Assembly: GCA_048270185.1 (NCBI GenBank)
Contig: JBLWTJ010000001.1
Coordinates: 128,001 to 192,000 of the forward strand
Origin: Bacteriovoracaceae bacterium
Lineage (GTDB): Bacteria > Bdellovibrionota > Bacteriovoracia > Bacteriovoracales > Bacteriovoracaceae
Length of the DNA: 64,000 nucleotides
Direction: 5' to 3'
Shown: one piece after another, positions 1 through 8,750 of the stretch
Position numbering within the stretch: position 1 is the stretch's first letter
Layout of the letters: each line of letters starts with the position of its first letter
Notes under the pieces: generated by a model
Seen by the model: the letters and a program-made list of their open reading frames with translations, nothing else
Databases searched by the model: none
Told to the model about the DNA's origin: nothing
Position numbers and translations under genes: made by a program

Positions 1-131
1 TTCCTGAAAACTATCGTCGTTACTTAAAGAATGGCCTACGTGGAGCATTCCCACTAGATAATACTCCTGTTCACCTAATCTTTAGAACAGGATCTGATCT
101 TCAAAAGAGAATGAAGAAAGTTTCAAAATAA
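1..131 (+). CDS. der: Ribosome biogenesis GTPase Der/EngA, C-terminal fragment (partial)
   Basis: Frame from nt 3 reads PENYRRYLKNGLRGAFPLDNTPVHLIFR...VSK*, matching the Der C-terminal KH-like pattern YxRYLxNxLRxxFxxxxTPxxLxFR; TAA at 129-131. Confidence 0.85.
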   Translation, partial: PENYRRYLKNGLRGAFPLDNTPVHLIFRTGSDLQKRMKKVSK

Positions 132-141
132 TAAAAATACT

Positions 142-167
142 AAGGCCTCGTTTTACGAGGCCTTTTT
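142..167 (+). terminator. Rho-independent terminator after der
   Basis: AAGGCCTCGT-TTT-ACGAGGCCTT stem followed by a T run. Confidence 0.85.
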
Positions 168-370
168 ACTTCCTCATAAAATAGTCACTTTATATCATCT
201 TAATTGTTTCCTTTTCTGATTCAATCTTTAGGTTAACTTTAGATTGCTCTTTAAATTAACGTCTGTCATTGGTGGTGTAAATATTTAGTTAAAATTAATA
301 ATATTTTAGCTTAGTTTAGACCGATAATTCCTTATCAAACTTTATGTGAACTTGTTTTGTGAGGAAACTT

Positions 371-1818
371 ATGTCGAACGTTAGCTCGATTCTAGGTCTA
401 TTTATTCTATTTCTAAATATGAATGTATTCGCTTCAGAATGTACTCAGCAGACTTTTAGTGTTTTGCTGACGGTAGAAAAGCTCTTGATGTCGTCAGGCA
501 CTCAGCTGGTCATAATACTCATATGGACATTCGATTATATGACTATAGTAAGAATGGAAATAAATTAAAATATAATAATAACGCGTTTGTAGATTTTAAA
601 GGACTTCATGTACCAGATGATGTTGAATATTCTTATCAGCTAGATTCAGAGACTGGTGGATATGTAATTACAAGTAACTATAGTGAACTGTCTGATTTTG
701 AGGTTTATGGAATTGTTGATAAAGATGGAAATGAATCAGCACCATATTTACTCCCCAATGAGCCTGCTGATGGAATTCCGTACTACATAAATGATGGTCA
801 TATTTATCCTAATACACGCTTTCCTTTAAGTAGTTATTTTGAGGATAATGACTTTAAAATAAGAGTTACAAGTGTAAGTACTGATAGCAATAACCCATAT
901 TGTAAACATCTTGATATTTCTTTACCTCGATTAAGCCAAGTCGGATTTATAACAAATGCTAATGAAACTTATTCTGAAACGATAAAAGCTAACACAACTC
1001 AATTTTTTGAAATTGAAAAAAGTGATCTTGGTGATTTTGGAGTTGGCTTTATTGATATTGTAACTACTAACGATGAGGATTTGACATACCGTATATTATA
1101 TTCATTAAAGGAAGATGATAATACTAATATTTTAGATACAATTAATAGAACTAATGATCTTTTGTATGGGGAATTTTCTGTCTCAGCTCAAAATACAAAT
1201 TATAAAAAAATACTGAATAGACTTGATAGCGAAAAGGTATTTGTGAAGATATTAAATGAGTCTAGCTCTGACATTTCATTTGATATAAAAGTAACTCCTT
1301 TGAAATATTTTTCGATAGATAAGAATATACATGTCAATGTAACGTTTGAATATATTAACTCTGAAGATAATGGGAAGGATGTAAATTATTACTTCTATGG
1401 TACAAACCCTAGTTATCTTCTTTCTAAAGATATGGCGTCTATGAATTATACATTTGAAGCAAATCGTTACTCAAACACAGAAGGTTATGGAGCTTATACT
1501 TATGGGGTATATTATCCAGCTTCTATGTATCTATATGATGAAGTCCAGACTCCTTATGTTGAGAGACGAGTTTCATATTCCTATTCTACGACTAATACGG
1601 GAATTAACGCTATTGTTCAAAAGTATTCTTATAATGGTCAAATACCTATGTCTTCAGTTTCTTTTTCGTATTTATTTTGTGAGTTACCAAATCAGTATAA
1701 TATGCCTTATACTGTTTATAAATATACTGTATATAATAGTAATAGCTCAGCAGAAACTTCGAGTTTACTAGAGTCATCTGGTTATAATGAGCTTAGGCAG
1801 TCAGGTGATTGTCAGTAG
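371..1818 (+). pseudogene. Frameshifted secreted hypothetical protein (ORFs 371-568 and 523-1818 probably one ~482 aa gene)
   Basis: GAGG RBS, ATG 371 and a signal peptide ending VFA-S lie in one frame; the frame of the 431 aa ORF is open back to nt 460; one added T near 460-465 joins them. Confidence 0.55.
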
Positions 1819-1847
1819 GTTCTTAGTATTAACTTAAAGGAAATAAT

Positions 1848-2666
1848 ATGAAAATAATCTTTTACTCTATTATTCTCAGCTTTTGCTTAAATATACAAGC
1901 TGAAGATATAGTGTACAAGCCTGTGGAAGAATTATCTAAGGCGGGTGTATCATTCGAGTCACTTTTGTATAAGAGTCCTACTTGTCGCTTTACTAAGGAC
2001 AAATTGATATTAGAAGAAATTCAATCTTATAACTTATTTATTCGTGATGTTACTTGTGACAAGAATAAAACTTATCGTTTTATTCCGGCGAAATTAAAAA
2101 TGTTAAATGACAGCACGTTAGGGATAGATAAAGATGTCAATGATGGTGTTTTCTATCATCGCTTTGTGAAGAAATGTATAAAGGTTTCGTATAATCAAAA
2201 TGATCGTCATCAAGTCTTTGATCGTGTCGAAGTCGTTAAATGTCCGGCATATGTAGCATTAAAATTAAGTGAAAAATATAATAATTATAAAACATTTGAA
2301 GAATTTAATACTGCTCTAAAAATTTGTTTAAAACGTTTTGACGAGTCCTGTTTAAATGAAATGGTTTACCTTGACACTGAAGTGCCAAGGACAGATCCAT
2401 CTTTTTACCCTCCTATTATTAGTCGACAATTTGTTAATGAATCTTTCTTGTTGAAAAAGGACTTTGTAGACAATTACTTAATAGCTTCAAAAAAAGAAAC
2501 TGATAGATTACGTAAGAAAAAGTATAAAGTTAAAAAGGGATTTCCTGTTATGTTTGAGATAGGGAAAGTAGAGTATTGGGTTATTGTTACTTATCACTTT
2601 ATAAAAGAAATTGGTGAAAAACGCTGGCTAATTACAGAAATTTCAGGTGGACCAGTTACTCACTAA
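1848..2666 (+). CDS. Secreted hypothetical protein
   Basis: 272 aa ORF, AAGGA RBS, signal peptide ending IQA-E, several Cys; no family recognised. Confidence 0.75.
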   Translation: MKIIFYSIILSFCLNIQAEDIVYKPVEELSKAGVSFESLLYKSPTCRFTKDKLILEEIQSYNLFIRDVTCDKNKTYRFIPAKLKMLNDSTLGIDKDVNDGVFYHRFVKKCIKVSYNQNDRHQVFDRVEVVKCPAYVALKLSEKYNNYKTFEEFNTALKICLKRFDESCLNEMVYLDTEVPRTDPSFYPPIISRQFVNESFLLKKDFVDNYLIASKKETDRLRKKKYKVKKGFPVMFEIGKVEYWVIVTYHFIKEIGEKRWLITEISGGPVTH

Positions 2667-2726
2667 GGGACTCCTGAAGTTAAATGCTCCTTAAACCACG
2701 AAAAGATATAGTTGAAATTCATTATT

Positions 2727-2763
2727 AAAAAAGGGAGCAGCATGATCTGATCCCTTTCTTTTT
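2727..2763. terminator. Probable bidirectional terminator
   Basis: A run, imperfect GGGAGCAG/CTGATCCC stem, T run; lies between convergent genes. Confidence 0.55.
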
Positions 2764-2778
2764 ATTTATTAAGTCATT

Positions 2779-2985
2779 TAGGAGCGCGGGTACCGATGGA
2801 AATATCAGTTACTTGCACTTCTATATTTTAAAAAAATTTTGTATTTTATAGTCAGTAAATTGCCATAATATTCAGTTCTTTGTTGAATTTCATACTTCTA
2901 ATGAATAAAAACTCCAAAATGAGATGATTTTTGTGAAAACTTGTGTCCTAAGGTATTGATATTTCCATAGGTACCCGCGCTCCTA
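2779..2985. mobile_element. MITE-like element: 203 bp core with 27 bp terminal inverted repeats, flanked by TA
   Basis: GGAGCGCGGGTACCGATGGAAATATCA (2781-2807) is the reverse complement of 2957-2983 with one mismatch; TA on both sides; AT-rich non-coding interior. Confidence 0.6.
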
Positions 2986-3781
2986 AGAAAGGAAGTAGGT
3001 CTGTAGCAACAGCACCGCGAATGCCTTCACGTCTTTTGGCGAGAAGGTCTCCTGCATGTGAATGGAGCCAGACTCCAAGACATGAAGCCTCAGTGTAATC
3101 GAGTCCTTGTGCAAACATGGCCGCAATACAACCGGCCAGGATATCGCCAGAACCTGCCATGGCAAGAATAGGATTACCAATTTCATTTAAGTAAGTTTCA
3201 TTCTTGTTGGCAATAATTGTTCCGTGACCTTTTAAAACCACATGATCTGCATAGGCCAACAGCTTTGTGGCACTTTCATTTCTGTTGGCATCAATCTCCT
3301 CTGGTGTGCAGTCTAGGATTCTGCCGGCTTCGGCCTGATGAGGAGTGAAGATTGTATTTGTTAAATTCTTTAATTGCTCTTTAGCAACAAACCATAGCGC
3401 GTCGGCGTCCATGAGTTTGGGGATATCAAGCTTTAGTACTTCATCAAGGAGATTCTTTGCCCACGCATCACGTCCTAAACCTGGGCCTATGACAATAATG
3501 GAAGCACGCTCAATGATTGGTCTAACTTCATTGATTGAATCAATTCCGCGGGCCATGATTTCAGGGTGATTGGCAAGCATGATTGAGACATTTTCTTTCT
3601 TGGTATAGACGCTTACAAGACCAGCACCTGATCTGAGGCATGCTTCGGCACACATTCTTGCAGCGCCGGCCATCCCGATATTTCCACCAATAATGACGAC
3701 GTGACCAAAGCTATACTTGCTAGAGTTTTCATTTCGTGGTGTGAGCTTCTTTAGAAGTGATTGGGCATCGATCTTTTTCAT
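2948..3781 (-). CDS. nnrD: ADP-dependent NAD(P)H-hydrate dehydratase (YjeF C-terminal domain only)
   Basis: KYSFGHVVIIGG, GMAGAA, GAGLV, GPGLG, DADAL, TPHQAE, LKG and GSGDILAG motifs; ATG 3781 preferred over TTG 3805. Confidence 0.9.
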   Translation of the reverse strand: MKKIDAQSLLKKLTPRNENSSKYSFGHVVIIGGNIGMAGAARMCAEACLRSGAGLVSVYTKKENVSIMLANHPEIMARGIDSINEVRPIIERASIIVIGPGLGRDAWAKNLLDEVLKLDIPKLMDADALWFVAKEQLKNLTNTIFTPHQAEAGRILDCTPEEIDANRNESATKLLAYADHVVLKGHGTIIANKNETYLNEIGNPILAMAGSGDILAGCIAAMFAQGLDYTEASCLGVWLHSHAGDLLAKRREGIRGAVATDLLPFLGARVPMEISIP

Positions 3782-3803
3782 AAGTCTATTATAAAGCTTG
3801 TGC

Positions 3804-3829
3804 AAAAAAAAAGCTCCCTAAGGGAGCTT
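3804..3829 (-). terminator. Rho-independent terminator after doxX
   Basis: AAGCTCCC-TAA-GGGAGCTT with a 9-nt A run on + (U tail on the minus strand). Confidence 0.8.
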
Positions 3830-3834
3830 AATAT

Positions 3835-4209
3835 TTATGCTTTAACTGAGTATTTACCACCGTTAGAGAAGAAGAGTGCGATATAGGCCATGGCGTAGAG
3901 TAGGGCCTTTTCTTTTCCTCCAAAAGGGTCGTTTCCGTGAACAACAAAAGCTGCCACAAGCATTGTAAATGCTGAGATCGCTGCAAACCAACGAGTTTTA
4001 AAACCGATGATGATAAAGACTTGTGCGAATACTTCTGCAAATACTGTGGCCGAAAGGGATACTGGAATTCCTAGTCCAATCGGGTCAGCGAATTTTGTTA
4101 AAAGAGTAGAGAAGTTAGCAAGCTTGCCCCAACCGTGGCCAAGAAGCATTGTAAGTCCGATAGATACTCTTAGAAATAGCCATCCTAGGTCTGAGTTTAA
4201 TCTGTTCAT
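3835..4209 (-). CDS. DoxX family membrane protein
   Basis: LRVSIG..HGWGKL, AE, GFKTR, H..DPF..E motifs; four hydrophobic segments. Confidence 0.88.
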   Translation of the reverse strand: MNRLNSDLGWLFLRVSIGLTMLLGHGWGKLANFSTLLTKFADPIGLGIPVSLSATVFAEVFAQVFIIIGFKTRWFAAISAFTMLVAAFVVHGNDPFGGKEKALLYAMAYIALFFSNGGKYSVKA

Positions 4210-4249
4210 TTATACGTCCTTGTTGAGTAATTGTTTTTTCTATCAAAAT

Positions 4250-4423
4250 CGCTCGAAATGACTGACGTCATTTCTTGCTGGTTTTTCTTTGTGCATAGTC
4301 TTTTTTGCGCTTTGCAATCATCAGTGAACTAAAGTTCACTGAGATTAATGTTTCTATGTCATTTGCAAGCGACTGCGCGCGCACCGCTCAAAATGATTAT
4401 CAATCATTTTGCTGCGGAGTGCG
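4250..4423. repeat. Cluster of three intergenic hairpins; first and third are related
   Basis: GAAATGAC-TGAC-GTCATTTC (4255-4274), TCAGTGAACT-AA-AGTTCACTGA (4321-4342), CGCACCGCTCAAAATGATT-ATC-AATCATTTTGCTGCGGAGTGCG (4380-4423). Confidence 0.6.
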
Positions 4424-5182
4424 TTACCAATTCCAGACATAGCCGACCATAAGAGAGAAGGCCATTCCTGAAAGATCCGTTACTCCAGGTCCATTATTTT
4501 TTGGAGCATATTTAATTGTACGTACATCACTCAAGTTAACTGAGTGTATTAAACCCTCAACGTTAACATAGGATTCCTTAATTTTAATTGGAAACTCTAG
4601 ACCACCACCAAAGGCAAAACCGATCCCACCGGAAGTATCTTTTTCTTCCGTTGAAATTGTTGTGAGTTTCTCACTTTCGTACCAGTACTCAAAGCGCATT
4701 GTTATATAAGGGTTTGAGTAAGTGATGGCCGTACCAAGATTTGAAGTATCGATATAGTAGCGATATCCAAAGAAGAATCTTAGCATTGAGACATCTATGG
4801 TTGCAGGCACATCACCAATTCCCTGTGTCTCTTGGAGGAGGGTGATATTATGCTTTGAATAAGCAAAGCCAATATTCCAAGCAGATTGAAAGTCTGAGAA
4901 GTACTGAACCCTTAATCCGAATGATGGAGGAAGGTCCTCATAGAGAACACCTCGGTTTCCACCCCACGTCGTATATCCTATCGACATTTGGAATGAAAAG
5001 AAGCGTCCATACTTATAATAGCGCTCATCTTCATAAATCTGAGACTCTTCAAGATCTTCATTAAAGTCAGAGAAGATATCTCCTCCGACGTTTAAATCTT
5101 CGTCGGCACCGATCATACCTGCTTGAGCAAAAATAGATACTTGAGCAAGTAGTATAAAAAATATTAAAAAATTCTTATGCAT
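4424..5182 (-). CDS. Outer-membrane beta-barrel protein
   Basis: Signal peptide, alternating amphipathic strands, C-terminal GYVWNW aromatic BAM-type signal. Confidence 0.75.
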   Translation of the reverse strand: MHKNFLIFFILLAQVSIFAQAGMIGADEDLNVGGDIFSDFNEDLEESQIYEDERYYKYGRFFSFQMSIGYTTWGGNRGVLYEDLPPSFGLRVQYFSDFQSAWNIGFAYSKHNITLLQETQGIGDVPATIDVSMLRFFFGYRYYIDTSNLGTAITYSNPYITMRFEYWYESEKLTTISTEEKDTSGGIGFAFGGGLEFPIKIKESYVNVEGLIHSVNLSDVRTIKYAPKNNGPGVTDLSGMAFSLMVGYVWNW

Positions 5183-5197
5183 TTATCTGCCTAATTT

Positions 5198-5677
5198 CTA
5201 TAAATAAAAATGAACGCCGGCAGAAATGATATTTTCTCCCATTGTCGTAATTTCAAAGTCATCAATTTTTTTAAAGCGTACACCAAACTCAGCGCTAAAG
5301 CCTAAGCTATCAATTCCTTGGAATGAGAATTCTGTTCCAAATCCAACATCGCCCTGAAAGCCAGAGTCACTGTCACCGTTGGCCTGCTTTGTATTAATGA
5401 TAACGGCCGATCCTACGGCATAGAATGTCAAGAATGGTTCATCAAAGATATTTCGATAGAGCCTGATCCCACCGTGCCAGCCTCCGTCATCTGCTGTATT
5501 GACTCCAAAGACACCACCATAAGAGAAGCCAGTACTTCTTTGAACCTTGATCGAAATTGAAGGAACACTGTCGGCAATAGTATTTGAAAAGCCAATACCT
5601 AGACGTCCAACTCTCTCAATTGCAAAAGTATTTATTGATAAAAAAATCGCAAGTATTATTAATGAAGTCCTTCTCAT
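5198..5677 (-). CDS. Small outer-membrane beta-barrel protein
   Basis: Signal peptide ending TFA, Gly/aromatic alternating strands, C-terminal AGVHFYL. Confidence 0.72.
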   Translation of the reverse strand: MRRTSLIILAIFLSINTFAIERVGRLGIGFSNTIADSVPSISIKVQRSTGFSYGGVFGVNTADDGGWHGGIRLYRNIFDEPFLTFYAVGSAVIINTKQANGDSDSGFQGDVGFGTEFSFQGIDSLGFSAEFGVRFKKIDDFEITTMGENIISAGVHFYL

Positions 5678-5802
5678 GGTGCGTTGTAATCCTTTAGCTT
5701 AAAATATAAGTAAATATATTTTAACAATACTCATGTATTTTTGACAACTTTCAATGTTCTTTATTAGAATATTAAAAATTTAACTTTAAAAAAGGGTAAT
5801 GG

Positions 5803-6465
5803 ATGACAACACAAGTAGCGCCAAATGAGGGCCTAAATTCGGAATTAAATTCCACAGAGCTGGGAGCATTTATTGCTCATAATAAAGCTTTATTCTTCGG
5901 AATCATTATTATTGTTGTTGCAGCAATTGGTGGTTACGGAATTTCTTCGTACTTAAAAGCACAAAAAAATGAAAAAGCAGCAACTGCTTTTTATCAATTT
6001 GAAGTAGGAAGTCTAAAAAAGTACCAGGCAGGACAACTTGATGCTGCTGCAATGAGTGCTGAACTAAACCTTCTACTTGATACATATGCAAGCTCTTCGG
6101 CCGCTTTTTCTACATCATTACTTGCAGTCGATTACTTATCAAATAAAGCAGCTAATAAGGAAGCACTTGAAGTCCTAAACAAGCTAGATGCTTCAACTTC
6201 TCTTCAATCATTCTTTATTGGGCTTCGCAAAGCCGCTTTACAAGAAGAATTAGGTGAGTATGATGCAGCGATTGGAACTCTTACTGAGCTTTCAACAAAC
6301 GAATCAAAGCTTATGCTAGGAAAGATCGAACTTGATCTTGGCCGTAATTATCTGCAAAAAGGTGATAATGCTAATGCTAAGACTCACTTTGAAAAGGTAT
6401 TAACAATTACAACTCAAAACGTTTATAAGTCGCTTGCAAAGAGCTACTTAGCGAAAATTAAATAA
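5803..6465 (+). CDS. YfgM-like membrane-anchored TPR protein
   Basis: Single N-terminal TM followed by TPR-like helices; directly upstream of the bamB-like gene. Confidence 0.75.
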   Translation: MTTQVAPNEGLNSELNSTELGAFIAHNKALFFGIIIIVVAAIGGYGISSYLKAQKNEKAATAFYQFEVGSLKKYQAGQLDAAAMSAELNLLLDTYASSSAAFSTSLLAVDYLSNKAANKEALEVLNKLDASTSLQSFFIGLRKAALQEELGEYDAAIGTLTELSTNESKLMLGKIELDLGRNYLQKGDNANAKTHFEKVLTITTQNVYKSLAKSYLAKIK

Positions 6466-6475
6466 GTAGATATCG

Positions 6476-7579
6476 ATGAAGCACTTGTTAGCTCTTACTA
6501 TTCTTTCCACACTTTTGTTCTCATGTTCAACACTTAAGAATATAGAGGGGAAGAAGCTTAAATTAGCACCATTAACTCTTTCTTGGGCAAAGAATCTTGA
6601 CCCAAGCTATGAGTCGGGGAATCTGCCGATTTCTCTATCGTCACCATTAATCCATGATGGTGTTCTTTACGCCGCTGATGGTAAGGGAGTCTTTAGTGCC
6701 TATAATGTCGAAAATGGCCGTAAACTTTGGTCACAAGATATTAAAGGAACTCTAACAAGTGCTCCAATTGTCTATGAAAACCTACTTATCTTTGGAGATG
6801 ACTCGGGACGTGTTTACGCTCGTGATTTAGGCAAAGATGAGCTTGTGTATGAATTTGATCTCGATGCAGGAATTGACTCAACGCCAGTTGTTCACAACGG
6901 CCGTTTATTCATTCATACGAGAAATCATAAGTTATTCAATGTTGATGCTGCTACAGGTCGTGTGCTTTGGTCTTATAAGAGATCAGTTCCTTATTACTCA
7001 ACTGTCCAACGCGCCTCAACGCCACTTATTTTAAACAACAAAGTATATGCTGGCTTTGCTGATGGTTATTTCCTTTGCTTTACCCTTGAAGAGGGGCAGG
7101 TTCTTTGGGAGAGACGTATGACGGCCGGTCAGAAGTTTGTTGATGTTGATATGCGTCCAGTGCTCTTTAACGGCAAGATTATTGTTGGTTCAGTAGATGA
7201 TAAAATGGAAGTTATCGATCCACGCTCAGGTGTTTTAACAAAGAAGTTAAACTTCCAGTCAAATCGCGCAGGAGTTGAATATAACGATGAGATGGTTTTT
7301 GGAACTGTTAACGGCGAACTAGTCTTTGTCGATAAAAGATTCAATGAAGTAAAGCGCATAGGCCTTGATAAAGTGGCCATATCTTCAATAGCGAAATGGA
7401 AGGGTGGATTAGTTGCCACGACAGTTGGTAAAACGGCATATTATGTTGATGCTCGTGGTGCCATCACTCAGCGCTTTGATCTTGGTTCGGCCTACTCTGC
7501 AGTCTTCGGTCACATGACTCAGGACGAAGATAACCTGGCCTTTATTTCGTCACGCTTTAGGCTCTACACATTTAGATAA
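6476..7579 (+). CDS. bamB: PQQ-like beta-propeller lipoprotein, BamB-like
   Basis: Lipobox LFSC; repeated A.D..TG...W blade motifs; yfgM synteny. Confidence 0.75.
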   Translation: MKHLLALTILSTLLFSCSTLKNIEGKKLKLAPLTLSWAKNLDPSYESGNLPISLSSPLIHDGVLYAADGKGVFSAYNVENGRKLWSQDIKGTLTSAPIVYENLLIFGDDSGRVYARDLGKDELVYEFDLDAGIDSTPVVHNGRLFIHTRNHKLFNVDAATGRVLWSYKRSVPYYSTVQRASTPLILNNKVYAGFADGYFLCFTLEEGQVLWERRMTAGQKFVDVDMRPVLFNGKIIVGSVDDKMEVIDPRSGVLTKKLNFQSNRAGVEYNDEMVFGTVNGELVFVDKRFNEVKRIGLDKVAISSIAKWKGGLVATTVGKTAYYVDARGAITQRFDLGSAYSAVFGHMTQDEDNLAFISSRFRLYTFR

Positions 7580-7659
7580 AGTCCAAAAATCTCTTGTAGG
7601 TGTTATTTCGACAATGTTATTATCTTGTTGAAACTACACACATTATTTTAGGGGAGAGT

Positions 7660-8724
7660 ATGGATTTAACATTTAGCGCTAATGGGATTTTAGGTCGTGG
7701 AAAAGGTTTAACTTTTGACGATGTTCTACTAATACCAAGGTACTCAGAAGTATCTTCAAGACGCCATACTAATCTAAAGACAAAGATCACTAAAAATCAC
7801 AGCATTGATATTCCAATCATTGCTGCCAATATGGATACAATTACTGGTCCTGAAATGGCAATGGAGATGGGCCGCCTTGGTGGTGTTGGTATCCTTCATC
7901 GTTTCATGTCTCCTGAACAACAAGTAGAAGATGTTAAGGCCATTCAGAAATATTTTAAAGAACATTCAATAAACCTTCCAATCGCTGCATCTGTTGGTGT
8001 GAAAGAAGAAGGTAAAATGAGAGCAGACCTTCTTGCCGAATTAGGAGTTGAAATTCTAACTGTTGATATCGCTCACGGTGACTCAATTATGATGATGGAA
8101 GTGCTTGAATATATCAAAAAGAATTACCCAAGTATTGATGTTATCGCTGGTAATGTTGCTACTCCTGACGGAGTAAGACGTATGATTGACCGCGGTGCTG
8201 ATGCTGTAAAAGTAGGAATTGGTCCAGGGAGTATGTGTACAACTCGTATCATCACTGGTCATGGTGTACCTCAATTAACTGCTGTTGCAATGTGTGTTGC
8301 CGAAGCAAGAAAAAGCGGCGTTCCTGTAATTGCCGATGGTGGTTTAAAAAATTCAGGGGATATGGTTAAGGCCCTATGTGCCGGTGCTGATTCATGTATG
8401 GCCGGATCACTTTTATCTGGAACTCTTGAGACTCCAGGTGAAGTAAAGAGCGGAATGAAGCAATATCGTGGGATGGCATCAAAAGCAGCTCAAGTATCTT
8501 GGCGTGGAGAGCTTCCAAAAGGGATGGCCGCAGAAGGTGTTGATACTCTTATTCCTTGTAAAGGACCAGTTGAAAATATTATTAGTGAACTAACTGGTGG
8601 TATTAGAAGTGGTATGACTTATCTTGGAATCGATGAATTATCAAAAATGAATGAAGCTGCTCTATTTATGGAGATGTCTTCTTCAGGAATGGCCGAAAGT
8701 AAGCCTCATGGAAAAGTAAATTAA
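7660..8724 (+). CDS. IMP dehydrogenase/GMP reductase family enzyme lacking CBS domains
   Basis: [41 protein letters not shown] motifs; GGGGAG RBS before ATG 7660. Confidence 0.88.
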   Translation: MDLTFSANGILGRGKGLTFDDVLLIPRYSEVSSRRHTNLKTKITKNHSIDIPIIAANMDTITGPEMAMEMGRLGGVGILHRFMSPEQQVEDVKAIQKYFKEHSINLPIAASVGVKEEGKMRADLLAELGVEILTVDIAHGDSIMMMEVLEYIKKNYPSIDVIAGNVATPDGVRRMIDRGADAVKVGIGPGSMCTTRIITGHGVPQLTAVAMCVAEARKSGVPVIADGGLKNSGDMVKALCAGADSCMAGSLLSGTLETPGEVKSGMKQYRGMASKAAQVSWRGELPKGMAAEGVDTLIPCKGPVENIISELTGGIRSGMTYLGIDELSKMNEAALFMEMSSSGMAESKPHGKVN

Positions 8725-8750
8725 ATAATACTTAAACAAAAGAAAGTAAT

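Noticed and set aside
296..327. Possible sigma28 promoter (ACCGATAA at 320-327)
   Set aside because: No TAAA at the 15-16 nt spacing
2778..2986. Shufflon or invertible switch reading of the inverted repeats
   Set aside because: No recombinase nearby, and inversion would change only a few terminal residues; TA flanks and the restored empty site favour an insertion (not fully excluded)
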